From the NCBI GenBank assembly GCA_965652295.1, contig CBFGTS010000013.1:1-64000 (forward strand): a stretch of 64,000 bases of DNA, in the 5' to 3' direction. This stretch comes from an uncultured Haloferula sp. (GTDB taxonomy: Bacteria > Verrucomicrobiota > Verrucomicrobiia > Verrucomicrobiales > Akkermansiaceae). Below, one piece after another: positions 37,381 through 47,902 of the stretch (its first letter is position 1; every line of letters starts with the position of its first letter). The notes under the pieces were generated by a model. That model was not told where the DNA came from. It did no database searches and saw only the letters and a list, made by a program, of their open reading frames with translations. Made by a program: the position numbers and the translations under genes.

Positions 37381-38094
37381 CTACCGCATCAGCATGTGTC
37401 CTACCAACCCCAGCATGAACCCCGCCACCGCACCCAACGGAGGCAGCCAGTGCTTTTTCAGCCGAGCCTGAGGTGCCAGATCGCCAAAGACCACGTAGAG
37501 GATCCCTCCGCCGGCAAACACCATGATACCGGAAACAAGGACCGGAAAGCCGGACAGGACGTAGTACCCCACCAGGCCGCACAGAGGTCCCAGCAAGCCC
37601 ATGGCGGCGAACACCATCAACAGCCGCCGCGGTCTTCCACGCCCGCCATCGACCATTTCGCGATAGGCGTTGAAGCCCTCCGGCAGGTTCTGCAAGGCCA
37701 TCAGCACCGCCAACAGAGCGCCGCTCCCCGTGCCCAGGGCGAATGCCGACCCCAGCGCCATCGCCTCCGGCACGAAGTCTGTCAGCATCGCCACCGTCTG
37801 CCCCATCGCGCTACGGGTCCGGGAAAGCCACCGCTCCACCCCGAAAAACACGACACCACCACCCATGAAGCAGGCGGCAGCGGTGAACGGATCGAGGTCC
37901 CGGATGCCCTCGGGGACCAGCACCAGCGCCACCGCCGAGAGCAGCGCCCCGCCGCCGAAGGCAATCACGAAGTGTCGGAACTCCTGCTCCAGCCATTGCG
38001 GGCTCAACTTCTCCCACCTCGCCAACAACGCACCCGCCGGAATCGCCATCCCCGCCATCAACGTCAGTAGCACGATCTTCAGCCAGGTCTCCAT
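37381..38094 (-). CDS. ZIP family divalent metal transporter
   Basis: AFGGGALL, DFVPEA, QNLPEGF, FAGGGILY. Confidence 0.85.
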   Translation of the reverse strand: METWLKIVLLTLMAGMAIPAGALLARWEKLSPQWLEQEFRHFVIAFGGGALLSAVALVLVPEGIRDLDPFTAAACFMGGGVVFFGVERWLSRTRSAMGQTVAMLTDFVPEAMALGSAFALGTGSGALLAVLMALQNLPEGFNAYREMVDGGRGRPRRLLMVFAAMGLLGPLCGLVGYYVLSGFPVLVSGIMVFAGGGILYVVFGDLAPQARLKKHWLPPLGAVAGFMLGLVGHMLMR

Positions 38095-38186
38095 CGCCGC
38101 ACGGTAGGGCAATCCTCGATCGGCTCCACCTCCGACTTCTTCCCCCTTGATCGCTTAAGAATTCCAAAGTATTTTCTTTTCCGCGC

Positions 38187-39095
38187 ATGGCTGGCGGGCA
38201 GAAGAACATGAACCTGGGCAAACGCAGGGGGAACAACCGCCGGCGGCATCGGCCCACCTTCTCGGAGGCACTCCGCCTCGCCGACGCCCGTGCGAGGCTA
38301 CGGGTGACGAAAAACAAGCCCGCCGGGCGCCGCCGTTTCAAGCACATCCAGGCGGCCATTGCCGTGCCGCTGCCGATCGACGAGACACCCGGCATCCTGC
38401 TGCGCATGATGCGTTGGCTGCTCGGCCTCTGCTTGCTGCCGCTCTGCATCGTCACCACCTGGACCTACTTCGACCAGTTCCACGGCGTCGCCCTCCACCG
38501 CGCCTTCTGGAGCACCAGCGCCTTCTGGTATTTCGCCACCGGCGCGCTGCTGATGACCGGGTGGTTCGTCTCCGGTCTCTTCTGGAACGCCTTTCTCTAC
38601 CTCTACGTGCTCGGGCACGAACTGACCCACATCCTCGCCATCTGGCTCTTCCGCGGAAAGATCAGCGACTGGGGTGTCAGCGCGGACGGCGGCTACGTCA
38701 CCACCGACAAGTCGAACATCGTCATCTCCCTCGCCCCCTACTTCGTGCCCCTCTGGGCCGCCACGCTGATGGTCACCTACGCCATCACCGCACAGTTCCT
38801 CGAGCCCACGCCCAGCGTTCTCAAAACCATCTACGCCCTGCTCGGCTTCTTCTGGACCTTCCACCTGCTATGGACCCTGTGGATGATCCCGCGCGACCAG
38901 CCGGACCTGAAGGAGAACGGCACCTTTCTTTCCCTCTCCATCATCTACCTCGCCAACCTGCTGCTGGTGGTCGTGCTGACCTGCTTCGCTTCGCACCAGT
39001 TCACCGTGCGCGACTTCGCGCACGATTGGCTCGCCCACGCGAAAGACCTCGCGCGAATCGCGCGCCATACCGCTGCGGAGTTCTACCGGTATTAG
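38187..39095 (+). CDS. Membrane metallopeptidase-like protein (M50B-like HExxH)
   Basis: GHELTH, LAPY, multiple TMs; start uncertain. Confidence 0.75.
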   Translation: MAGGQKNMNLGKRRGNNRRRHRPTFSEALRLADARARLRVTKNKPAGRRRFKHIQAAIAVPLPIDETPGILLRMMRWLLGLCLLPLCIVTTWTYFDQFHGVALHRAFWSTSAFWYFATGALLMTGWFVSGLFWNAFLYLYVLGHELTHILAIWLFRGKISDWGVSADGGYVTTDKSNIVISLAPYFVPLWAATLMVTYAITAQFLEPTPSVLKTIYALLGFFWTFHLLWTLWMIPRDQPDLKENGTFLSLSIIYLANLLLVVVLTCFASHQFTVRDFAHDWLAHAKDLARIARHTAAEFYRY

Positions 39096-39177
39096 GAGCC
39101 TCCCGGTCTCCCGTCGGGCCGCCTGCGCTTAGATGGGCTTGCGGGCTCGGGAGCGGCTCCCTAGGTTTTCCCCCAAC

Positions 39178-40371
39178 ATGATCGTCGAGCCCAAGATCCG
39201 AGGTTTTATCTGCACCACCGCGCACCCCGATGGCTGCGCCAAACACGTCGCCGACCAGATCGCGCTCGTCCGTTCACGCGGGGCGATCGAGGACGGCCCC
39301 AAGAAGGTTCTCGTGATCGGTTCGTCCACCGGCTACGGCTTGTCCTCACGGATCGCCGCAGCCTTCGGATGCGGGGCCGCGACGGTCGGCGTGTTTTTTG
39401 AGAAGCCCGGCGATGAGCGCCGCACCGGCACCGCCGGATGGTACAACTCCGCCGCCTTCGAAAAGGAAGCCGCCGCCGCCGGTCTCTACGCCCGCTCCTT
39501 CAACGGAGACGCATTCTCCGATGAAATGAAGCAGACGGTGATCGACGCCATCAAGGCCGACCTCGGACAGGTCGATTGCGTCATTTACTCGCTGGCCTCA
39601 CCGCGCCGCACCCACCCGAAGACGGGCGAGGTTTTCAAATCCTGCCTCAAGCCGATCGGCCAAAGCTACACCAACAAGAATCTCAACACGACCAATCACG
39701 TCGTGGAGGACGTCACCATCGAACCCGCCTCCCAGGAGGACATCGACCAGACCGTGGCCGTGATGGGCGGCGAGGACTGGGAAATGTGGCTCGATGCCCT
39801 GAAGGCGGCCGGCGTGCTGGCCGAAGGCGTGGTCACGGTCGCCTATTCCTACATCGGACCCGAGGTCACGTGGCCGATCTACAAGGAGGGCACGATCGGT
39901 GCCGCCAAGATCGACCTCGAGCGCGCCCAGCGTGCGCTCGACGACAAGCTTTCCGACCTGAACGGCAAGGCCTGGGTTTCGGTCAACAAGGCTCTGGTTA
40001 CCCAAGCGTCGTCCGCCATTCCCGTTGTGCCGCTCTACATTTCCCTCCTCTACAAGGTGATGAAGGAAAAAGGCACCCACGAGGACACCATCGAGCAGAT
40101 GGACCGCCTTTTCCGCGACCGGCTCTACGGCAAAGCGGATCCCCAACCCGATGGCGACGGTCGGATCCGTGTGGACGATTGGGAAATGGAAGCCGACGTC
40201 CAGGCCGCCGTCGATGCCGCATGGAGCTCGGTCAACACGGACAATCTCCGCGAGCTGGCCGATGTGGAAGGCTACGAGTCATCGTTCCTGCGTTTGTTCG
40301 GCTTCGGGCTTGAGAACGTGGACTACTCGGCGGACACGGATCCTGCGATCGGCGTTCCGTCGATTTCCTGA
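39178..40371 (+). CDS. fabV: Enoyl-ACP reductase FabV / trans-2-enoyl-CoA reductase
   Basis: RGFICTTAHP, GSSTGYGL, TAGWYN, YSLASP, VMGGEDW, GTIGAAK. Confidence 0.95.
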   Translation: MIVEPKIRGFICTTAHPDGCAKHVADQIALVRSRGAIEDGPKKVLVIGSSTGYGLSSRIAAAFGCGAATVGVFFEKPGDERRTGTAGWYNSAAFEKEAAAAGLYARSFNGDAFSDEMKQTVIDAIKADLGQVDCVIYSLASPRRTHPKTGEVFKSCLKPIGQSYTNKNLNTTNHVVEDVTIEPASQEDIDQTVAVMGGEDWEMWLDALKAAGVLAEGVVTVAYSYIGPEVTWPIYKEGTIGAAKIDLERAQRALDDKLSDLNGKAWVSVNKALVTQASSAIPVVPLYISLLYKVMKEKGTHEDTIEQMDRLFRDRLYGKADPQPDGDGRIRVDDWEMEADVQAAVDAAWSSVNTDNLRELADVEGYESSFLRLFGFGLENVDYSADTDPAIGVPSIS

Positions 40372-40546
40372 GGTTTCCGGACTACTCCGACACGTCGGAG
40401 CAGTCCATACTTTCAGGACAGCCCGCCCGGCAGCTCCCGGCTCCACCCCCAATGCTCCGCAGCGCCGGAGCACTCCCTACCCCCGCGATCACCTGCCCGT
40501 CTTCTCGTGATCCCGTGGACGAAGGGGATCGGGCAGGATACACTCC

Positions 40547-40873
40547 ATGAACGCGCTGCTGCTGACCGCTCTCCTCTTTGCCCTTCCGGTAGGGAGTCCC
40601 GCGTTGCAGCAGACGCAGGCGAAGCCCCCCACCCCCCAACCGACGACCGCCGGCTTCCCCTCTTCGCCTGGCAAGTGGAACAACCTCGTGTTCCGGCAGC
40701 TGCAGTTCGGTTCTGCAACTTCGCACGAATTCAAGAGTTCCGTCGGCAAAGGACTGCGCCGTTCCAGCTGGTGCCACGTCCACGCCGACGCTCATGAAAT
40801 CTCCCCCCATCCGTCGGGCCCCATCGGCACGGCGGGGTTGCGGGTGATGGATGAAAAGCCCCGGAAGATCTGA
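40547..40873 (+). CDS. Hypothetical small secreted protein
   Basis: Signal-peptide-like N-terminus; WCHVHADAHE. Confidence 0.4.
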   Translation: MNALLLTALLFALPVGSPALQQTQAKPPTPQPTTAGFPSSPGKWNNLVFRQLQFGSATSHEFKSSVGKGLRRSSWCHVHADAHEISPHPSGPIGTAGLRVMDEKPRKI

Positions 40874-40935
40874 GCCTGGGGGGCTTTTCTCCAGGACGTC
40901 GGCGGCTCTCCCTCACGGGAGGCGCCGGCGTCACC

Positions 40936-41655
40936 TCACCCGGGATCCTCCATCTGCCAGGCCGGATCCCAGATCTGCGCGAAGCCATTCCGGCGCGCCG
41001 TCGCCTGCCGGACCACGCCATCGGCGGAAAGCCCGGTCCAGCGGCGGAAATCGAAGCCGGCGGCATTCAGCGCCTCCACCGTCCAGACATTGCAAATGCG
41101 AGGGAAATAGTAGGAATGCGGTGATCGGACCATCTGTCCGCCGCCCCAGCTCGAGGGACCGAGACTTGATGGCCTGCCGTCCTCGCCGCGGATCGACGAG
41201 AAGTTCAGGTAGGCCGCGAGTTCCGTGCCGGCCGACTCCGTGGTGAATCCCTGATAAAGCCGCTGGTGGTGGCATACGTTCGGGATGTTGTAGTCGATGG
41301 GGATGATCTCCATCACCGAACTCGAAGGCAGGGCTAGCGCCTGGATCACCTGGGCGGGCGTCAGCCACTGCTTCTGCACATAGGCGGCTTCGTCCCCCCA
41401 GCTGAAGGCAGCCCAGCGATGATCGCCGATCTCGCGCGGCGGCACGTACCCGTGGCGGCGCAGCCAGCGGAGATCCAGGATCAGGCCGGTATGCAGCTCA
41501 TCAGCGAAGACCACCACCGACACCGTGCGCGGTTCGGCGACCTCCCGGGAAACCTCCATCCGCTGCACAGTGACGCGCTCCCGCTCATGCGGGAACGCGA
41601 TCATGCAGCCTGGTAACAGGAGCGACGACAACAGGATGACCGCCAGCCGCCACAT
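40936..41655 (-). CDS. DUF2459-like lipoprotein
   Basis: Lipobox LPGC; HTGL, WGD..Y, CNVWT...L. Confidence 0.7.
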   Translation of the reverse strand: MWRLAVILLSSLLLPGCMIAFPHERERVTVQRMEVSREVAEPRTVSVVVFADELHTGLILDLRWLRRHGYVPPREIGDHRWAAFSWGDEAAYVQKQWLTPAQVIQALALPSSSVMEIIPIDYNIPNVCHHQRLYQGFTTESAGTELAAYLNFSSIRGEDGRPSSLGPSSWGGGQMVRSPHSYYFPRICNVWTVEALNAAGFDFRRWTGLSADGVVRQATARRNGFAQIWDPAWQMEDPG

Positions 41656-41681
41656 GGCCCGGATGAGCTATCGACGGGAAA

Positions 41682-42887
41682 TCACTTCGAGATTTCCAGC
41701 AGCTCGATGTCGAACACGAGCATCCCACCCGGGCGACCTCCGCCGGGATTTTCGCCATAGGCGAGCTCGGCCGGAATCCAGAAGCGGCGCTTCTCACCCA
41801 CGCCCATCAGTTGAACCCCCTCGGTCCAGCCCTTGATCACGCCGTTGAGCGGAAACTGGGCCGGCTCGCCGCGGGTCACGGAGCTGTCGAACATTTCGCC
41901 GTCGGTGGTCCAGCCGGTGTAGTGGACCTTGACCGTATCAGTGGCTTTCGGCTTCGCCGCGCCTTCCGGGGCGGGAGTGAGGACCTTCCATGCGAGACCA
42001 CTTTCCGACTTTTCGGCATCTTCCGGAAGGGCGGCCACGTCGGTCGGAACCGGAGGTGCGGGCGGCGCGGCCTTGAAGGAAACAAGCTCCAGCTCGGCCA
42101 CGATGTAGCCGCCCGGCAGGCGTTGTTCCGGCAGCCAGGCCTTGCGCTTTTCGCCCGGGCCCATGGCTCCGAGGATCTCCTTCATTTCCGGCGGCAGCTG
42201 GGAAAGCGGCACGGTCGGCGGGGCCGGCTGGCTGTGGGTGTCCTGCATCATCTGGCCTTCCATGGTCGAACCCTTGAAATGGAAGGTGACCAGATCATCC
42301 GCCCCAGGCTTGCCCTCGCCGGTGGCCGGGGAGAGCTGCTGGTAGCCGACGCCACCGGCCGTCTTTTCCAGATCGTCCGGAAGTTTCGGGGACTCCTTGA
42401 TTTCGAGAAGTTCGACGTCGAAGACGAGCATACCGCCCGGACGTCCACCGCCGGGATTCTCGCCATAGGCGAGGTCGGCCGGGATCCAGAAGCGGCGCTT
42501 CTCACCGGTTGTCATGAGCTGCAAACCTTCCGTCCAACCCTTGATCACGTTGCTGAGCGGGAAGCTCGTAGGCTGGCCGCGCTGCACCGAGCTGTCGAAG
42601 AGCTTGCCGTCGGTCGTCCAGCCCGAGTAGTGCACGGTGACCGTGTCCGCCGCGGACGGTTTCTTCTCTCCCGTTCCTTCCTTGAGAACTTTCGAAGCCA
42701 GTCCGGATTCGGTTTTCTGGGCATCAGCGGGAACGGCGGCGACGTCAGGAGGCGTTTCAGGCATGTTTTCAGCAGGTTGCTCCGTGGGGATTTCCACGGG
42801 CGGGGTGGTGGCGGATTCCTCCGCATGCAGGGGTGCGATTGCGGCTGCGAGGGCGGCCGCTGCGGTGAATCTCGTCCGTTTTTTCAT
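41682..42887 (-). CDS. FKBP-type peptidyl-prolyl isomerase with three FKBP domains
   Basis: Signal peptide; VHY.GWTTDG..FDSS twice, VIKGWTEG twice, RRFWIPA.LAYG twice; degenerate middle domain. Confidence 0.92.
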   Translation of the reverse strand: MKKRTRFTAAAALAAAIAPLHAEESATTPPVEIPTEQPAENMPETPPDVAAVPADAQKTESGLASKVLKEGTGEKKPSAADTVTVHYSGWTTDGKLFDSSVQRGQPTSFPLSNVIKGWTEGLQLMTTGEKRRFWIPADLAYGENPGGGRPGGMLVFDVELLEIKESPKLPDDLEKTAGGVGYQQLSPATGEGKPGADDLVTFHFKGSTMEGQMMQDTHSQPAPPTVPLSQLPPEMKEILGAMGPGEKRKAWLPEQRLPGGYIVAELELVSFKAAPPAPPVPTDVAALPEDAEKSESGLAWKVLTPAPEGAAKPKATDTVKVHYTGWTTDGEMFDSSVTRGEPAQFPLNGVIKGWTEGVQLMGVGEKRRFWIPAELAYGENPGGGRPGGMLVFDIELLEISK

Positions 42888-42920
42888 GGCGGACGAAGCA
42901 TTCACGGGCGACCGCGACTG

Positions 42921-43235
42921 TCAATGCACCTCGGATTCCCTTTTCGCCAGCCGGCGGTCGATCACGAACGGCCCGAAGGGCAGCACCGAGGCCACCATGA
43001 CCCACGCCGCGTCGCGGAAAGAAAGATCCTTCACCAACCAAGCAATGCCCACCAGCAGGGCCAGAAGAATGAAGAGCACGCCGTGGATCATGCCCGCCAC
43101 GCTCACCCACTCATCGCGCCCGGCGGCGTATTTCATCGGCATCGCCACGCCCAGCAGAAAGAGAAACGACACCGCCTCAATGCGGCCGACAAGACGGATC
43201 CGTCCAATGGGATCGAGGAGCGAAGCTTTCATCAT
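42921..43235 (-). CDS. DUF3817 membrane protein
   Basis: EAVSFLFLLGVAMPMKY, GMIHGVLF, ASVLPFGPF. Confidence 0.85.
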   Translation of the reverse strand: MMKASLLDPIGRIRLVGRIEAVSFLFLLGVAMPMKYAAGRDEWVSVAGMIHGVLFILLALLVGIAWLVKDLSFRDAAWVMVASVLPFGPFVIDRRLAKRESEVH

Positions 43236-43353
43236 TGCCGCCCTTTCACCCACAAGGGTCTGGCTGTCAAACGGAGCTGACAATGAATCCTCTTTTACTT
43301 CTTGCGGAAGCATCTCCCCGCTTCAATTTTGATCCGTTTGACTCGATGATATC

Positions 43354-44565
43354 ATGAATTTCCCACGCATCCTCGCTACTCTTCCGCTCATGGCGGGCAT
43401 TGCCCACGGTGCGGGCTACCAACTTCAGGAACGCTCCGCCCGTGGCCTCGGCCGCGCCTACTCGGGCGAGTCGGCGATCGCCGACGACGCTTCGGTGCTC
43501 GCCTCCAACCCGGCGGGGATGATCCTGATCCCGGGAGACACCTCCGTTTCCGTGGGCCTCACCGGCATCTACCCGGAAATCGATGTTGCAGGCTTCTACA
43601 CGGGTGCAGGCGGCACGGTCGCGACGGTGGCCGAGGACCTCGCCGATGAAGCCCACGTTCCCTTTCTCTACCTGACCCACGATCTCACCGAAAACCTGAC
43701 GATCGGCTTCGGCTCCTACACCACCTATGGGCTGGCGACGAACTACCCGCTGGCCTTCGCCGGCCGGACGATGGCCGACAAAAGCGAGCTGAAAACCGTC
43801 AACTTCAACCCTGCCATCGCCTGGCGGCTGCATCCGAAAGTTTCGATCGGTGCCGGCTTCAACGCCGTCTATGCCGATGGTGCGCTGAACGCCACGCTGC
43901 CGAACTCCCTGCCCCTCCTCGACCTCGCGGGGGACGATTGGGGCTATGGCTACAACCTCGGGCTGATGTTCGAGGTAACCGAGCACACCCGCATCGGGGT
44001 TCACTACCGTTCGGAGGTCGATCTCAGCCTGGAGGGCCGCATCACCTCGGCCGTAGTCGCCCCGTTCAACGGGCCCGGCATCGTCGATGTCACCCTGCCT
44101 GACACCTTCGAGCTCAGTCTTTACCACGAAATCAACGACCGTTGGGCGATCCACGGTGACGTGACCTGGACCGGCTGGAGCGATTTCCAGCAGCTCCAAC
44201 CGATCGTCCTCGGCTCACCGGTCCAGCCGGCCGCCACGCCGGAGAACTGGAACGACGTCTGGCGTTTTTCCCTCGGCACGACTTGGAAGGCCTCCGACCG
44301 GCTCACGCTGCGCGCCGGCGTGGCTTATGACGAATCGCCGGTGGAGCCGCAGTTCCGGACGCTGCGCATACCGGATACCGACCGCGTTTGGCTCAGCCTC
44401 GGCGCCAGCTGGCATTTCAACCCCTGCTGGTCGCTCGACGTGGGCTACACGCATCTCTTCACCCAGACCTCCCGCATCAACGAAACCAACGCCGGAGGCA
44501 ACTTCGTAGGCATTGCCCAGGGCGATACGGACCTCGTTTCCATCGGAGTGAGCGGGAACTTCTGA
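43354..44565 (+). CDS. fadL: Long-chain fatty acid transport outer membrane protein (FadL/OmpP1)
   Basis: GYQLQERSARGLGRAYSG, NPAG, GYNLG, RAGVAYDESP, IPDTDR. Confidence 0.88.
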   Translation: MNFPRILATLPLMAGIAHGAGYQLQERSARGLGRAYSGESAIADDASVLASNPAGMILIPGDTSVSVGLTGIYPEIDVAGFYTGAGGTVATVAEDLADEAHVPFLYLTHDLTENLTIGFGSYTTYGLATNYPLAFAGRTMADKSELKTVNFNPAIAWRLHPKVSIGAGFNAVYADGALNATLPNSLPLLDLAGDDWGYGYNLGLMFEVTEHTRIGVHYRSEVDLSLEGRITSAVVAPFNGPGIVDVTLPDTFELSLYHEINDRWAIHGDVTWTGWSDFQQLQPIVLGSPVQPAATPENWNDVWRFSLGTTWKASDRLTLRAGVAYDESPVEPQFRTLRIPDTDRVWLSLGASWHFNPCWSLDVGYTHLFTQTSRINETNAGGNFVGIAQGDTDLVSIGVSGNF

Positions 44566-44647
44566 CAGCCATCGCGCCGGAGATCCGGCTTTGGCAGGAG
44601 GCGTGATTTTCCATCGCCTCCGCCCACGCTTTTTTCCAGAGTCCGCC

Positions 44648-45616
44648 ATGCCTCCGCGTGTCAAAAAAGTCTTCTCCGTGCCGATCGGCGAGTTCTTCGA
44701 GCGTCACGGTGCCGACCTGTCGATGACCCTGATCAGCGAGCGGCACGGTTTCGAGCGCCCGATCGGCGAGCCCGCTCCCAACCGCCCGGGTCTGGCTCTG
44801 GCGGGGTTCTTTTCCTATTTCGCCAAGAAGCGGGTTCAGGTCCTCGGCAACTCCGAGATGTCCTACCTGAAAAAGCTCACCCCCCAGATGCGGGCGGAGC
44901 GCTTCGGGCGGATGTGCGAGCGCGACATCCCGGCCATCGTCATCTCCCGCGGCGTGCCCGTCCCGGAGGACCTGCTGGCGATCGCCTCCACCCATCTCAT
45001 CCCGGTGTTCTCGACCACCCTGGTGACGATGAATTTCCTCAACGCCGCCACCCTCAAGCTGGAGGCTGAGTTCGCCCCCACCACCACCCTGCACGGCTGC
45101 ATGGTGGACCTCCGCGGCATCGGCGTGCTCATCATGGGCCGCAGTGGCAGCGGCAAGAGCGAGACCGCCATCGGCCTGCTCGAACGCGGGGCCGCTCTGG
45201 TGGCGGACGACATGGTCCGCGTCCGCTGGGCGAATGGCGAGCTGACCGCCAGCGCCCCGGAGCTCTCCCGCGGCTACATCGAGATCCGCGGCATCGGCAT
45301 CGTCAACGTCGCCAACCTTTTCGGCCTGACCTCCATCCGCCCGGAAAAACGCCTCGATCTGGTCATCACCCTCACCCTCCACAGTGATCTCAACGAGGTC
45401 GATCGCGTCGGGATCCAGCAGAAAACCTTCGACGTGCTCGGTCAACCCGTGGCCATGGTGGAAATCCCCGTGGCCCCCGGCCGCGACACCGCCCGGATGG
45501 TCGCCATCGCCGCCCTCCACCAGCAGCTCCGCCGTCTGGGCTACAACATGGCCGACGAATTCAACGAGCGGCTGCTCCAGCACATGTCGAAAAACAACCC
45601 GGCTCCAGGCTTCTGA
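44648..45616 (+). CDS. hprK: HPr(Ser) kinase/phosphorylase
   Basis: NRPGLALAGF, HG, GRSGSGKSE, LVADD, EIRGIGI. Confidence 0.95.
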   Translation: MPPRVKKVFSVPIGEFFERHGADLSMTLISERHGFERPIGEPAPNRPGLALAGFFSYFAKKRVQVLGNSEMSYLKKLTPQMRAERFGRMCERDIPAIVISRGVPVPEDLLAIASTHLIPVFSTTLVTMNFLNAATLKLEAEFAPTTTLHGCMVDLRGIGVLIMGRSGSGKSETAIGLLERGAALVADDMVRVRWANGELTASAPELSRGYIEIRGIGIVNVANLFGLTSIRPEKRLDLVITLTLHSDLNEVDRVGIQQKTFDVLGQPVAMVEIPVAPGRDTARMVAIAALHQQLRRLGYNMADEFNERLLQHMSKNNPAPGF

Positions 45617-45681
45617 AAAAACCCCTTGGCCAATCTCCCCGCCTCTTCCTAGACTCCCGCCGCCGCAAGGCACCGAACCTG

Positions 45682-45948
45682 ATGGTCCAACGAGCATTCA
45701 CCATCCAAAACAAGCTGGGCATCCACGCCCGGCCCGCCGCGCAATTCGTCAAAACGGCCAGCCGTTTCACCTCGGAGATCCGGGTGGAGAAGGATGGCGA
45801 GGAGGTTGATGGCAAGAGCATCATGGGCCTCATGATGCTCGCCGCCGGCCACGGATCGGTGATCCAGGTGTTTGCCGAAGGCGATGACGCCGACTCCGCC
45901 ATGGCCGCACTCGCCGAGCTCGTGGACCGGAAGTTTGAGGAAGAGTAA
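45682..45948 (+). CDS. ptsH: Phosphocarrier protein HPr
   Basis: GIHARPAA, DGKSIMGLMML. Confidence 0.95.
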   Translation: MVQRAFTIQNKLGIHARPAAQFVKTASRFTSEIRVEKDGEEVDGKSIMGLMMLAAGHGSVIQVFAEGDDADSAMAALAELVDRKFEEE

Positions 45949-45990
45949 AAGTTCTTTTCCCGACTCTCTCGCTCGACCAGCATCCTGCTG

Positions 45991-47757
45991 GTGAAAGAAG
46001 AGACGAGGCAGCCCCCCGCGGAAGAACGCGTGCTTCAGGGCACAGCCGTCTCCCGGGGCGTCGGCATCGGCCCGCTTCACGTCGTCGCCCGCGGGTTTTC
46101 CGCTCCGGAGGTCTACCCGATCACCGATGTCGCCGCCGAGCAGGAACGCTTCGCCGACGCACTCGCCGTCACCAAGCAGCAGCTCGCCGCCCTCCAGAAA
46201 CGCATTGAGGCGATCTCCGGCGAACACGAGAGCCGGATCTTCGAGGCCCACGTCATGATGCTGGAAGACCGGGCGATCGTCGACCGGGTCAACGAAGCCA
46301 TCGCCGAGCGCAAGCAGAACGCCGAGTTCGCCCTCTACGCCGTCGCCCAGAATTTCCTCGAGGCAATGCGGCGCGTGCCCGACCCCTATCTGCGCGAACG
46401 CACCGCCGATATCGAGGATGTCTGCCAACGCGTGCTGCGGAACTTTTCCCATGAGGATCACCGCGAGGGCGGGCCGAATGCCCGCCACATCCTCGTGGCC
46501 TACGATCTCACGCCCTCGGACACCGCTTCCATGGACCGCCGCCACCTCCAGGGCTTCGCCACGGAGATCGGCAGCGTGAACTCCCACACCGCCATCCTCG
46601 CCCGCTCGCTCGGCATCCCGGCGGTCGTCGGCCTGCAGGGCGCGGTGCTCGAAGTCCGCGCCCTCACCCCGGCCATCATCGATGGCTACAGCGGCAAGCT
46701 CATCCTCCACCCCACCCCCCGGACGCTCGAACGCTACGAACGCCTCCGGTCGGAGAAGGAACGGGTCCGCCACCAGCTCGAGGCCCATCGGAACGACGAA
46801 GCCGTTACCACGGATGGCCGCCGCATCACGCTCTCCGCCAACATCGAGCTGGTTAAGGAACTCCCCTACGTCAAACACAGCGGAGCCCATGGCGTCGGGC
46901 TCTACCGCACCGAGTTCCTGCTGCTGGACGGGGAGCAAATGCCGGGGGAAGACAGCCAGGCTCAGGTTTACACCCAGCTCGCCGAAGCACTGGCGCCCGA
47001 TCCGGTCATCATCCGCACGCTGGACGCCGGCGGCGACAAGCTACCGGTCGAGCCGCTCGTCGAACCCGAACCGAACCCCTTTCTCGGCTGGCGCGGCATC
47101 CGCGTCTCGCTCGACCGCCCGGCGATGTTCAAGGAGCAACTCCGCGCCATCCTGCGCGCGAGCGCCCATGGCAAGGTCGCCGTCATGTTCCCCCTCGTCT
47201 CCGGCATCCGCGAGGTCCGCGCCGCCAAGGATCTCGTCAAGGAATCGATGGACGAGCTTTCCGCCCGCGGCATTCCGTTCGATGAAAACATCGAGATCGG
47301 CGTGATGATCGAGCTGCCCTCCGCGGCCATCATCGCCGACCTGATCGCTCCGGAGGTGGACTTCTTCTCCATCGGTACCAACGACCTCATCCAATACACC
47401 GTCGCCGCCGACCGCGTGAACTACCGCGTCGCCGATCTTTACCGCCCGACGCATCCCGCCGTGATCCGGCTGATCAAGCGTACCATCGACGCCGCCATTC
47501 AGAACGGCATCTGGACCGGCGTCTGCGGTGAAATGGCCGGCGACGTCCGACTCACCCCGCTCCTCCTCGGTCTCGGCGTCGAAGAGCTTTCCGTCGGACC
47601 GCATCAGGTCCCCCGCGTCCGTCACGCCATCCGCGCCCTGGCCCACGCCGAGTGCGCAGCGATGGCCGACGAGGCTCTGCGGACTCCGCTCAGCAAGGAC
47701 ACGCTCGAACTCACCACCGAGCTGGCGATGAGGTACTACCCGGAGTTGATCGACTGA
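45991..47757 (+). CDS. ptsI: PEP-protein phosphotransferase (Enzyme I)
   Basis: SHTAILARS, GLYRTEF, NPFLGWRGIR, SIGTNDL, VCGEMAGD. Confidence 0.95.
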   Translation: MKEETRQPPAEERVLQGTAVSRGVGIGPLHVVARGFSAPEVYPITDVAAEQERFADALAVTKQQLAALQKRIEAISGEHESRIFEAHVMMLEDRAIVDRVNEAIAERKQNAEFALYAVAQNFLEAMRRVPDPYLRERTADIEDVCQRVLRNFSHEDHREGGPNARHILVAYDLTPSDTASMDRRHLQGFATEIGSVNSHTAILARSLGIPAVVGLQGAVLEVRALTPAIIDGYSGKLILHPTPRTLERYERLRSEKERVRHQLEAHRNDEAVTTDGRRITLSANIELVKELPYVKHSGAHGVGLYRTEFLLLDGEQMPGEDSQAQVYTQLAEALAPDPVIIRTLDAGGDKLPVEPLVEPEPNPFLGWRGIRVSLDRPAMFKEQLRAILRASAHGKVAVMFPLVSGIREVRAAKDLVKESMDELSARGIPFDENIEIGVMIELPSAAIIADLIAPEVDFFSIGTNDLIQYTVAADRVNYRVADLYRPTHPAVIRLIKRTIDAAIQNGIWTGVCGEMAGDVRLTPLLLGLGVEELSVGPHQVPRVRHAIRALAHAECAAMADEALRTPLSKDTLELTTELAMRYYPELID

Positions 47758-47902
47758 TCCTTGGGGCCTGTTTCGAGATGTCTCCTTTTCGGACTGCTCA
47801 GACATGTCGGAGCTTTCCCCCTACGAACCGCTCCCCGTTCGTGACTCCTCCCCCGGAGCCGACACGTCGGCTCCGAGACAGCTCTCCCGGCAGCGCCCCA
47901 CC

